42,660 nt of DNA, from positions 1 to 42,660 of IMG/VR virus record IMGVR_UViG_3300048611_000078. One strand, written 5' to 3'. Below the pieces are notes generated by a model. It searched no databases and had not been told where the DNA came from. It was given only the letters and a program-made list of their open reading frames with translations. Shown in pieces: positions 33,957 through 42,307 of the stretch (position 1 is the first letter of the stretch; each line of letters opens with the position of its first letter). The stretch is from a virus. Taxonomy: Duplodnaviria > Caudoviricetes. A program made the translations under genes and the position numbers.

Positions 33957-36151
33957 AAAGACTTTTAACACTGTGGGCGTTAATTCTACTCTACGCCATT
34001 CCAGCCCAAGCCGGATCGTATATCACCAACCCGAAGTTTACCCTGCTGGATGATAACGGGGAGCTTGCTTCCGGGGCCTGCGTTTATTTTTACGAGCCAG
34101 GGACCACCACTAAGAAGACAGTCTACACCGATGTTAGCCAGTCTGTTGCAGCCTCAAACCCGATTACCCTTGATTCACGGGGAGAATATGCCGTTTTCGG
34201 GACCGGATCATATAAAATCGTTGCCAACGCAGCGGCCTCACCCTGCCCCACCACTCCAGACGATGTAATCTGGTCCGCTGATAATGTGTTTCCGAACGGC
34301 AATTATATAGCTGGTGACACATCAACCGTTGCGACGATTGCAGAACTAAGGGGAGTGACGGGAACGGCTGGATCATCCGCTATTCCGCTCGGGTGGTATG
34401 CCGTTGGTGATGGCGGCGGCGGGCCTCTTCGCACCTGGGATACCGCTTCGACTTGCACCGACAACGGGGGTAATTGTGTAAAACCGACCGTGATTGGTGT
34501 AGGAGACCCTGGCCGGTGGGTATGGGATCATGTTGGCCCGGTAAGCCCCCGCTGGTTTGGTGCAAAATGTGACGGGACAACCGATGATGGCGCGATAATC
34601 AATACTGCTCTGGCGCATAAAGAGGGCGCACAGGTTTGGATTGAGGAAGAAGCTTGCGCTACATCTGTTACCATTGAAGGCCCGTCCGGAAGCGAACTGA
34701 AAGGAATTGGCGGTGGTCAGTACCCAACACCTGCAAATTATGCTAGCGCAAACTTCATCGCAACACCGAAATCTCGCATTGTCGCCCTAGCTGGTTTTAC
34801 AGCTGGTGCACCTGTTATTCGGGTAAAGACCCCAGATGCTGCTGCATACACAAAAGAAAGCGTCTCTGTGAAAGGGCTGATGATAGACTGCGCTGGTATC
34901 GCTGACTATGGTATAGATGTTATTTCAGTTAAACGATCTAAGTTTAAAAATCTGCTGGTGTATCGACCTCTTTTAGTGGGCATTCGTGAGAATGTCCTCT
35001 CGGGTGCAGCAGAAACAACTGAGGGGAATAATGCAACTCAGTTTAATGTTTGGGAAAGTGTAACAGTTTGGGCAGCTTATAGCGCAGACAGCACTACTAC
35101 CATAGGTTGGCAACAGATTGGAACCGAGTTGCATGATTGTAACGAAAGCACATACACAAACATTGTTATAGTTACTATTCATGGTGATGCTCTCCAGGTA
35201 CAGGGTGGTGGAAATAATACCTGGATAGGCATGTACACTTATACTTATGGTAAGGGAGTTGCAGTACGGTTATATGGTCGGGATGTTGCAACAGGGGCGA
35301 GTGTCGCCAAAAACAATACATTTATCAAACCGGACTTAGGGGGGGCTTCACATACAGGAACGGCACAGGCCGGAGGTGCAAGCACAATAACGCTTGCTGC
35401 TACAGCAAGCACGGATGATTTACAGTACGAAGGGAGAAACATAAAAATTACGGGTACTGGAACAGGCGCAGGGCAGCTAAGGAATATTTCAAGTTATGAT
35501 GGAGCAACTAAAGTTGCTACCGTTAGTGAGGCTTGGACTACTCAACCAGACAATACCTCTACGTATACAGTTTATACAGGTGGAGTAGTTGCAGAATCTG
35601 GCACGAATACTTCATCATTTGATAACATCATGTATAGTTACATCGGCGCGAATGGTGCAAGTGAGCCGATTATAGAAAGTGGAGTGAGGTTTACTTACAT
35701 TATGGCGGGTAACCCGTCTTATGGCTGGCGACGTTTTACACCTGCAGTTACTTTTGTAACTCCTGGTGATTTATCTGTCACCTATGCCTATGCAGAAGGT
35801 CGGTATTGGAGAACTGGCCATACAATAAATTTTATTATTAACATAACTTTTACCCCAACATTTACCACTGCTTCGGGGTCTATACTCATAACTGGATTAC
35901 CCTATCTTGCCAAGAATGATTATAGTGGTGCACCAGGAGTTTATGCGGCTTCTGTTCATTATTCAAATGATGCCTGGAGTTGGGGAACCGGCAAAACTCA
36001 AATATCAGCTAGGGTTTTGCCAGGTGCGGATAGTGTTCGGCTTGTAGGTATGGGAAATGGTGTAAATGACGCTTATATAACGGAAGCTGAAATGCCTAGT
36101 GGGACAGAGAAAATAATACATATATCCGGAGAATACGAGGCTGGATCGTAA
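33953..36151 (+). CDS. Tailspike / receptor-binding protein with beta-helix
   Basis: GACVYFYEPGT...NPITLDSRG particle-binding domain; GDGGG; WFGAKCDG beta-helix start; signal-peptide-like first 20 aa. Confidence 0.8.
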   Translation: MKRLLTLWALILLYAIPAQAGSYITNPKFTLLDDNGELASGACVYFYEPGTTTKKTVYTDVSQSVAASNPITLDSRGEYAVFGTGSYKIVANAAASPCPTTPDDVIWSADNVFPNGNYIAGDTSTVATIAELRGVTGTAGSSAIPLGWYAVGDGGGGPLRTWDTASTCTDNGGNCVKPTVIGVGDPGRWVWDHVGPVSPRWFGAKCDGTTDDGAIINTALAHKEGAQVWIEEEACATSVTIEGPSGSELKGIGGGQYPTPANYASANFIATPKSRIVALAGFTAGAPVIRVKTPDAAAYTKESVSVKGLMIDCAGIADYGIDVISVKRSKFKNLLVYRPLLVGIRENVLSGAAETTEGNNATQFNVWESVTVWAAYSADSTTTIGWQQIGTELHDCNESTYTNIVIVTIHGDALQVQGGGNNTWIGMYTYTYGKGVAVRLYGRDVATGASVAKNNTFIKPDLGGASHTGTAQAGGASTITLAATASTDDLQYEGRNIKITGTGTGAGQLRNISSYDGATKVATVSEAWTTQPDNTSTYTVYTGGVVAESGTNTSSFDNIMYSYIGANGASEPIIESGVRFTYIMAGNPSYGWRRFTPAVTFVTPGDLSVTYAYAEGRYWRTGHTINFIINITFTPTFTTASGSILITGLPYLAKNDYSGAPGVYAASVHYSNDAWSWGTGKTQISARVLPGADSVRLVGMGNGVNDAYITEAEMPSGTEKIIHISGEYEAGS

Positions 36152-36153
36152 TC

Positions 36154-36399
36154 ATGGGACCACAATCATTCGCAGACCTGGGTTGGTGGGCATTGGGCGG
36201 GGCTATCTTTGTAAGCGTCTCAGCCTGTGCCCTACTTTTGAAACTCCTTCTAGCCAAACTAAAGGAGATTTGCAAGCTGTTGAGCGACTTCCAGAAAATA
36301 ATGAGCAAGCACGACAAGGCCATCGTGGAACTCCAGACACGATGCGCGATGAACCACAGGGCACCCCTTGCAAACAAGATTCAAGGGGATGAAGAATGA
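36154..36399 (+). CDS. Putative holin / single-TM lysis protein
   Basis: One TM helix plus coil; at the start of the lysis block. Confidence 0.45.
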   Translation: MGPQSFADLGWWALGGAIFVSVSACALLLKLLLAKLKEICKLLSDFQKIMSKHDKAIVELQTRCAMNHRAPLANKIQGDEE

Positions 36400-36773
36400 C
36401 CGTTCTTTTTGCGCCGCCTGATTATTGGATGCTCACCAAAGACCAACGCGCCGACATTTCTAATGGTTGCGGGACCAGGGGGCTTCTTGGTCTTTTGGTC
36501 CCGGATACGGTATATTTTCTATCAATAAAAAGTGCTTGCGATATACACGATTTCATGTACGCTATTGGTATAAACATTAAAGACAAGCAGGAAGCAGACC
36601 GGGTTTTCCTTAACAACATGATGCGCATCATAGACCATGAAACAAGATGGGACTGGCTAAAGGTTTTAAGGTTGCGCCGGGCGAAAACCTACTATCAAGC
36701 CGTGAAGAATTTTGGAGGGTTGGCATTTTGGAGTGGAAAAAACGCACCAGAGAACAAGGGAGGATACGCATGA
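36396..36773 (+). CDS. DUF1353-like / phospholipase A2-like protein
   Basis: NGCG...ACDIHDFMY...ADRVFL...YYQAVKNFG. Confidence 0.65.
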   Translation: MTVLFAPPDYWMLTKDQRADISNGCGTRGLLGLLVPDTVYFLSIKSACDIHDFMYAIGINIKDKQEADRVFLNNMMRIIDHETRWDWLKVLRLRRAKTYYQAVKNFGGLAFWSGKNAPENKGGYA

Positions 36774-36967
36774 ACCAGCTTACCATCGACCACGACAAGT
36801 GCAACAGATGCGGGGCGTGTGAATTCACCCTGAAAAACCTCCACGAGAAGGCCATAGACGGTCGCTTGTTTGTTTCCGACACAAACCTACGAAAGCATGC
36901 AACAGAGATCACCACGGCTATCGTATCGTGCAAGAATGATGCGCTATACCTTTCGCTGGCACTGTAA
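36770..36967 (+). CDS. Ferredoxin-like single-cluster Fe-S protein
   Basis: IDHDKCNRCGAC...AIVSCKNDAL; GGAGG SD. Confidence 0.6.
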   Translation: MNQLTIDHDKCNRCGACEFTLKNLHEKAIDGRLFVSDTNLRKHATEITTAIVSCKNDALYLSLAL

Positions 36968-37356
36968 TGGCTACCAGCAAGGACCAGGCCGCTTTTCTCC
37001 TGGACGTGTGCAAGCTGATCCAATTCGCAACTTCCCTCGGCTGGCGAGTAACTGAGGGGGAATTCAAGCGAACCCCAGAACAGCAGAAAATCTACTTTGA
37101 CAAGGGCCTGTCAAAAACCCTGAACAGCAGACACCTTGTCGGCATGGCCGCAGACCTCAACTTCATTCGTGAATCTGACGGGCTGTATATCGGGGCGCTG
37201 AAAACCAGGGCGGCGCTCGGGATGCTCCGCCCTGTTGGCGAATTCTGGGAGTCGCTTTCACCGCTTAACAGGTGGGGCGGGAACTTTGACCGGGATTGGT
37301 CAAGAGACGATAGCTTTCATGATGCACCTCATTTTGAGCGTTTTGATTCAAGATGA
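36967..37356 (+). CDS. Endolysin, M15 L-Ala-D-Glu peptidase family
   Basis: RTPEQQ, SRHLVGMAAD, RWGGNF, DAPHFE. Confidence 0.88.
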   Translation: MATSKDQAAFLLDVCKLIQFATSLGWRVTEGEFKRTPEQQKIYFDKGLSKTLNSRHLVGMAADLNFIRESDGLYIGALKTRAALGMLRPVGEFWESLSPLNRWGGNFDRDWSRDDSFHDAPHFERFDSR

Positions 37357-37429
37357 GCAGTAAAGCCTACCGGCAAAAGCACCAGGAGCAGGGCCATTTT
37401 AGGACCACTCGCAATAACCAAGGACATTA

Positions 37430-37518
37430 TAAATACAAGGCACTTCACCGGAAGCCGGGAAGCTGGGCGTTTTTATCTGGTCATTCATTGGCGGCTCCGG
37501 TGAGTTGCCTGGTTATAA
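37430..37518 (+). mobile_element. attC-like site B1 (R'' AAC changed to TAC)
   Basis: TAAATAC-aaggc-ACTTCAC-CGGAAGCCG...CGGCTCCG-GTGAGT-tgcctg-GTTATAA; two extrahelical bases at canonical positions. Confidence 0.8.
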
Positions 37519-38196
37519 TGCCTGTGCCAGCACGTGGTTTCCGAGCCGCGAGTCAACACAATTCCTCAAAACTTGTCGCTTGTTCGGTATCCTGTATATA
37601 TCGAGCGACAACCCCAGTTCGTTTTCCCAATCACTTATTTTGTTCTTGTCCCTAATCCCTGCCGCTGGTAGTTTAATGTCAGGTATATCAAAGTTTGCCC
37701 AAAAATAATGTCTCGCTACTTTTTGCGGATTCACCAGCGGCTCGTAATAACTGATTGTGTTTTCTACAACCCACTTCCCTTCATGGTGGTACTGCAAAAA
37801 TATAATTTCCTCGTACAAAGCCATATCCGGGAAAACTCCCTTGTAGCCCTTTGCCCTCACACCCACGTTATAGCGATACTGCCCATGCGTAGGACACGGC
37901 GGTGATGTCCATATCAGGTCAAACTCTGCATAGTGTTCAAGCAGGTAAGCGTGTGCATCTCCAACAACAACAATATCATCGGGGAATCTATCTTGATAGG
38001 CTCTTGCAATTTCAGGCTCTCGCTCTACCGCAGTTACTTTTACATTGCCAGGCCACAACGCCCTATTGCCGCCAATTCCAGCATATAGGTTAAGCGCATT
38101 ATAACAAGGCGCTACACCTGAAAACATGGGGCTGGCGTTCTCGGGTTGTGCGGCGTTCGGTGTTTCCGGTGTTTCAATCATGTCCATTTTCCCCAT
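37513..38196 (-). CDS. DNA (cytosine-5) methyltransferase, cassette-borne
   Basis: NLYAGIGG (motif I), WTSPPC (IV), VVEN (VI); stop in the R' box of B1; start inside B2. Confidence 0.85.
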   Translation of the reverse strand: MGKMDMIETPETPNAAQPENASPMFSGVAPCYNALNLYAGIGGNRALWPGNVKVTAVEREPEIARAYQDRFPDDIVVVGDAHAYLLEHYAEFDLIWTSPPCPTHGQYRYNVGVRAKGYKGVFPDMALYEEIIFLQYHHEGKWVVENTISYYEPLVNPQKVARHYFWANFDIPDIKLPAAGIRDKNKISDWENELGLSLDIYRIPNKRQVLRNCVDSRLGNHVLAQAL

Positions 38197-38222
38197 GTTT
38201 CAGGTGACCAGCAACGTTAGCT
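38099..38222 (+). mobile_element. Intact attC-like site B2 (124 bp)
   Basis: TTATAAC-aaggc-GCTACAC-CTGAAAACATGGGG...CCCCATGTTTCAG-GTGACC-agcaac-GTTAGCT. Confidence 0.85.
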
Positions 38223-38450
38223 ATCAAATCCAAAAAGGATTGCTTCGTTAAATTCAACCATTTCATCAAAAGTTTTAACCAGCTTGCCGTTTGAAAGCAA
38301 AAACATTATCGGCATTAGCACAACCCACGAAAGAGGGATAATCCACCACCCCAAAAGACAAAATCGAATGCAAAAAAAGAAACAGCTAACCATGCGTTCA
38401 AGAATCGACGCGCGAATCTCCGGGTTTGTTTGTCGTGGTCTGCAAGTCAT
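38217..38450 (-). CDS. Cassette-borne small membrane protein
   Basis: GAGGAG SD; hydrophobic core; stop TAA in the R' box of B2. Confidence 0.65.
   Translation of the reverse strand: MTCRPRQTNPEIRASILERMVSCFFFCIRFCLLGWWIIPLSWVVLMPIMFLLSNGKLVKTFDEMVEFNEAILFGFDS
38384..38420 (+). mobile_element. attC-like half-site B3 (R''-L'' arm only)
   Basis: AGCTAAC-catgc-GTTCAAG; R'' is the exact complement of GTTAGCT at 38216. Confidence 0.7.
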
Positions 38451-38465
38451 AGCGTTCTATCTCCT

Positions 38466-38711
38466 CTATTTCTTCTTGGTTGCCTTTGTCTCTTCTTTTT
38501 TGAGCTGATTTTTTTCATTGAAACAACCACGGCAAAAATAAGGATGATAGATAAACTCCGTATTAATTGGGAGAGATACAACAACAGTGTTCACCCATTC
38601 TACCCTGTGGCGAATTTCGCTTGATCCTTCAAAAGAAATTGCCTTTCTCACCATGCATCCGCATATTTCACAGTCAACCGTTTCAATTAGCTTCTCTTTT
38701 TTGAAAAACAT
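38466..38711 (-). CDS. Zinc-finger hypothetical protein
   Basis: AGGAGG SD; CEIC...CRGC. Confidence 0.6.
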   Translation of the reverse strand: MFFKKEKLIETVDCEICGCMVRKAISFEGSSEIRHRVEWVNTVVVSLPINTEFIYHPYFCRGCFNEKNQLKKEETKATKKK

Positions 38712-38723
38712 AATCCCTCCTTG

Positions 38724-38903
38724 TCAAAACAAATCATGTTCATCGTCAAAAACGCCATCCACCAGGCAGGCTTCCATCGCGTCCCACCATTCATCGTCGC
38801 ACTGCTTTTCCCAACACTCTTGACACCCGCCCCACAAAATATCGCCCCCAATGCTGAGCGGCCAGTTGTCTGTGTTCTCTTTCAAGCAATTCGGGCATAT
38901 CAT
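38724..38903 (-). CDS. Small acidic Cys-containing protein
   Basis: AGGAGG SD; CPNC...GCQECW. Confidence 0.6.
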   Translation of the reverse strand: MICPNCLKENTDNWPLSIGGDILWGGCQECWEKQCDDEWWDAMEACLVDGVFDDEHDLF

Positions 38904-39091
38904 TGTCTCCCCTCCTTGTGTATCATCCACGCAATCTCACGATCAAACATGCGCTGCAAACCTTCCGCCTGGTCGGTGGTGAGTTGTCCGGCCAGTAATC
39001 GGCGGATTATGCCTTATAAAAAACCTTAACATTTCCGACTATTGGCATCTTCTTCCCTGCATCACGGTCCTCTTTGCTGGCCGATTGCGCC
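38901..39091 (-). repeat. 191-bp inverted repeat, copy 2 (partner 9512-9702)
   Basis: Reverse complement aligns without gaps to 9512-9702. Confidence 0.9.
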
Positions 39092-39253
39092 CCGCCTGTG
39101 GTCCCTCCCCACAAGTGCGGGGCGGTTTCATGATTACGGCAAATGTGAACCATAAAAGAACAGGAACAACCCAATTAAAAGACCGCATATAATTGCTACA
39201 CAGATAGTAAACGAATTCAAAATCCACCCTCCCCACTTGTGCTGGGCTGTTTT

Positions 39254-39451
39254 TTACGCGCTTTTCCAACCGTTTTTTCTGCACGCGACGATGGCCGCGA
39301 CCGCCTCTTGAACATTTTCAGGCTTTATATTTTGGCATGTCAGCCCTGCCGAACCAATATCCGCCCACAAGGCAATTTCTGCCCCATCAAAATTTATTTC
39401 AACCTTGTTCAATTTTGAAAAGTTGCGTATTTTTACCAACTCTTTTATCAT
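39254..39451 (-). CDS. Hypothetical protein
   Basis: AAGGAG SD, 65 aa. Confidence 0.55.
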   Translation of the reverse strand: MIKELVKIRNFSKLNKVEINFDGAEIALWADIGSAGLTCQNIKPENVQEAVAAIVACRKNGWKSA

Positions 39452-39466
39452 TGCCGTAGCTCCTTT

Positions 39467-39679
39467 TTATGCTTCATTTCCCACCAGAAAAACGGTAATC
39501 CCGCCCTTGCATAGCCGCGTCGTAACCCGCACCCCGTTTTTCTTAGCCCAAGCCGAGGCGCAAGATTTTATATTACAGATCCGCTTTGCGTCGGCCTTGT
39601 AAAACTTCTTTTTCTTCGTGAGCAGGTCCGCGAATTTGTACACGGTTTTGCGGCCTGTTTGCTTGGGGGGGATTTTCAT
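39467..39679 (-). CDS. Small basic, probably DNA-binding protein
   Basis: IPPKQTGRKTVYKF...; AAGGA SD. Confidence 0.6.
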   Translation of the reverse strand: MKIPPKQTGRKTVYKFADLLTKKKKFYKADAKRICNIKSCASAWAKKNGVRVTTRLCKGGITVFLVGNEA

Positions 39680-39730
39680 TGTTTATTCCTTTGCATCGCT
39701 GGCGGCCTGCCGCAGGGACACGGCTTTAAT

Positions 39731-40330
39731 TTATCGCACATGGGTTATCTCCTTCCTAATATGCTGTAAAGCAGGGGAGCAATCATCGCAACCACTCCAA
39801 TCAAGGGCTTGCTCTCCAGCAAGTCTATGGCAAACTGCCTCAAAAAAGTCCAAATGATAGCCCAAGTAATATTGTTTACCATTTACCATGATATTTGCAT
39901 GCCACTTACCTGCTTCCGCATTCCAGCAAACACCCTTAACGCCACTTGTATTGGTTGAGTGGTTGGTGGTGTTGCGTTGATTACAAACATCCCCGACCTC
40001 ACGTAAGTTTTCAATGCGGTTGTCTGCCCTAATTCGATTCAAGTGGTCAATATCATTCTCCGGCAAATACCCATAGTGCCAAAGCCAGATAAGGCGATGC
40101 GCTCTATAATTCACATTGTTGATTTTTACTTGCACATATCCATGGCTCACACTTCCGGCTATATCACCAACATTTACCCCGCCCCTCGATATTTGCCATA
40201 CCAGATGACCATCAATGTAATCAAACAGTTCCCTTACTCTTTCTTGTGTCAGCTGTTTTCTCTTGGTCGAACCTTGCGCTTTTGCACTTTGGGCAGATTC
40301 TGACATTTGGCTTTCTGGGGAACCACTCAT
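39731..40330 (-). CDS. Free-standing HNH endonuclease with AP2 domain
   Basis: AHRLIW...IDHLNRIRADNRIENLR; NTSGVKGVCW...W.A.I...YLG. Confidence 0.92.
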   Translation of the reverse strand: MSGSPESQMSESAQSAKAQGSTKRKQLTQERVRELFDYIDGHLVWQISRGGVNVGDIAGSVSHGYVQVKINNVNYRAHRLIWLWHYGYLPENDIDHLNRIRADNRIENLREVGDVCNQRNTTNHSTNTSGVKGVCWNAEAGKWHANIMVNGKQYYLGYHLDFFEAVCHRLAGEQALDWSGCDDCSPALQHIRKEITHVR

Positions 40331-40379
40331 GGCCGCACCTCTTGCATTGGATTATCGTGATGTTTGTTTCCATGAGCTT

Positions 40380-40408
40380 ATTATACTCCTTATGGGTAAA
40401 CCTGTAAA
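40380..40408 (-). promoter_or_regulatory. sigma70 promoter upstream of the HNH-AP2 gene
   Basis: TTTACA-N17-TATAAT on the minus strand. Confidence 0.65.
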
Positions 40409-40450
40409 GAACTGTTATTTCTTCGTCACAGGCACTATCGCAAGGTTTTT

Positions 40451-40699
40451 TTAATCGTCCTCCGTGTCCGGGTCTTTATCTAAACCAGCACACCGCCACC
40501 AGGTACAGAGATTCGCGTCCTCCGCTCCTGTGTCGTCTTGCTTCCATATAGGGCAGTCTGGGCCGGGAAGCTTGTCGTGCCACTTATCGGAATACGCGTG
40601 GCAACATCTTCCTTCATTCCACGAACACTCCCCACACACCGGATTACCATCATCATCCGTGTATTGGTCAACCTGGATTGTCTTGGGTATCTTTTTCAT
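40451..40699 (-). CDS. Cys-containing hypothetical protein
   Basis: GGAGG SD; coupled to upstream gene. Confidence 0.55.
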   Translation of the reverse strand: MKKIPKTIQVDQYTDDDGNPVCGECSWNEGRCCHAYSDKWHDKLPGPDCPIWKQDDTGAEDANLCTWWRCAGLDKDPDTEDD

Positions 40700-40908
40700 C
40701 TTGCGGACCTCCAGTGCCCACACCACCCGAACCTGCCCTTATTGGTAACTTTAAAGCGTAGCTCTTGGCAGTATAAATACGCCACCGAATAAGGGCTTCT
40801 CGGCTTGCAGTTTCTGCACGTGCCACATAACATTGAGCCTCGGAGGGTGTCATCGATAAACCCCGCAATGTCTTTCCGCTCTTTTATTCGATCAACCTTA
40901 TTCGGCAT
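40696..40908 (-). CDS. Cys-containing hypothetical protein
   Basis: AAGGAGG SD; CGTCRNC...C...WCGHW. Confidence 0.6.
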   Translation of the reverse strand: MPNKVDRIKERKDIAGFIDDTLRGSMLCGTCRNCKPRSPYSVAYLYCQELRFKVTNKGRFGWCGHWRSAR

Positions 40909-40986
40909 AATTCCTCCTTATAATCTGCAACGCACACCGAATGGTAATGGCTTTGCCGTTTACATATCTGATTAGGTCGATGGTGT

Positions 40987-41154
40987 TCAATCGGTGGAAT
41001 CCTGTACGTTTCTGACAACTTTTTTCAGCGCGGAAGAGGTGTATGGTTCGCGCTTGTCAGTTAAGACCCCGCCCATGGTCGCAATATCAGACACAATGGC
41101 AATTGGTGTTTCAATAACAACTCCGACAACAGCCTTCAATAAGTTTCCGAACAT
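40987..41154 (-). CDS. Small conserved phage protein
   Basis: AGGAGG SD; MFGNLLKAVVGVVIETP...D..T.GG.L.D. Confidence 0.6.
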   Translation of the reverse strand: MFGNLLKAVVGVVIETPIAIVSDIATMGGVLTDKREPYTSSALKKVVRNVQDSTD

Positions 41155-41295
41155 GTTAATTCCTCCTGTTTTAATCTGTAAAGGGGCGGGGTCAAAATCA
41201 AAACAGTTTTTGCATACCATTTTCAGCCTTTCCACGAACACCCCCCCCGTTACTTCTGGCGTTGATCTTCCAAAAAACTATCACCATGTGAAATC

Positions 41296-41385
41296 AGCAT
41301 ACAGAATCCACGATATTCTGTCAACCAAAAAAACAATAAAACATTGCGAATAAAATATTGACAAAGGTTGTTTTTGTGATAAGGT
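41296..41385. promoter_or_regulatory. Divergent early promoters with a palindromic operator candidate
   Basis: Leftward TTGACA-N17-TATGCT (41324-41296) containing CAGAAT-N7-ATTCTG; rightward TTGACA-N16-TAAGGT (41358-41385). Confidence 0.65.
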
Positions 41386-41430
41386 TAATAAAAAGCAAGA
41401 TGATTTTTAATACAAACATGGAGCCAAACA

Positions 41431-41799
41431 ATGGGAAGATTTAACGCCGATCACTGGCTACGCACAAGAAAGGAAATGCTCATGCAAATAGGATGGATCG
41501 AGCCAGAAAGCCTGCATTTTTTCTGGAATATCCCGGACGAATACCGGGCCATGCTTGCGGCCCTGAGCAAGGAGTGCCAGTTGCAGGAGATAGCCGATAT
41601 TTTCAGGTGCTCGGTGGGCACAATCCAGCTGGACAAGAAACGTGCCGGGCTGACAAAGGCCACGCCGGGCGGCAGCAACCGGAAGAAGAGAATGTTTGCA
41701 TACAAGGGCCAGCTCCTACCCTGCGCCGAGATCGCGGCACTTGAGGGGGTTGGCTACGATACAGCCTATAATTGGCTTACAAAAGGGAGGTTAAGCTAA
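41431..41799 (+). CDS. HTH DNA-binding regulator (two HTH-like segments)
   Basis: LQEIADIFRCSVGTI; AEIAALEGVGYDTAYNWL; first gene of the rightward arm. Confidence 0.65.
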   Translation: MGRFNADHWLRTRKEMLMQIGWIEPESLHFFWNIPDEYRAMLAALSKECQLQEIADIFRCSVGTIQLDKKRAGLTKATPGGSNRKKRMFAYKGQLLPCAEIAALEGVGYDTAYNWLTKGRLS

Positions 41800-41957
41800 T
41801 GTGTGGTTTGAGAATGGTTTGCGTAAAAACAGGAGAGCCAACGATGAACGGGGTACTGTGCCGGAAATGCAAGAAGCATTGCGAACATGCCGGGCGGATC
41901 AAGATGCTCGACGCAATGTTGCGCGAAGAGTTACGGCCAAATGTGGAGGTGGTATGA
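41799..41957 (+). CDS. Small Cys-rich protein
   Basis: GGAGG SD, TAATG coupling. Confidence 0.5.
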   Translation: MCGLRMVCVKTGEPTMNGVLCRKCKKHCEHAGRIKMLDAMLREELRPNVEVV

Positions 41958-42054
41958 TCTGGTGGAACAATTTTTACAACTGGTATTTTCATGGATATGG
42001 GTGGTTTTCAGTCTCGCTCATTATAGGGATAGTTTGTTTTTTAAGGAGGAATAA

Positions 42055-42297
42055 ATGATCCCCCACCGATCCGGCACCACGACCCAAGTATGGCGGGCAC
42101 ATGTCGAAATATGCCCGATAACATCCGGCCTTGAAACGAAGATGCTCCGCGCAACCTTTGAAAAAATGTGCAGGGACAGGCGCATGGCTGCAAAGGCAAA
42201 GGAAGTGCAGAACAGCGGAGACCCACATGCCAAGTTTTGCCAGAGGTGCAAGGGGCAGATTGTGCCGGCAGAGCTTACTTTTATCGAGATTAACTAA
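42055..42297 (+). CDS. Hypothetical protein
   Basis: AAGGAGG SD; CP...C...CQRC. Confidence 0.6.
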   Translation: MIPHRSGTTTQVWRAHVEICPITSGLETKMLRATFEKMCRDRRMAAKAKEVQNSGDPHAKFCQRCKGQIVPAELTFIEIN

Positions 42298-42307
42298 GGA
42301 GACAACC

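Noticed and set aside
41933-41957. ORF ending RPNVEVV, reminiscent of attC-derived peptide tails
   Set aside because: DNA reads CCAAAT rather than YTAAC and has no partner arm; at most a decayed remnant.
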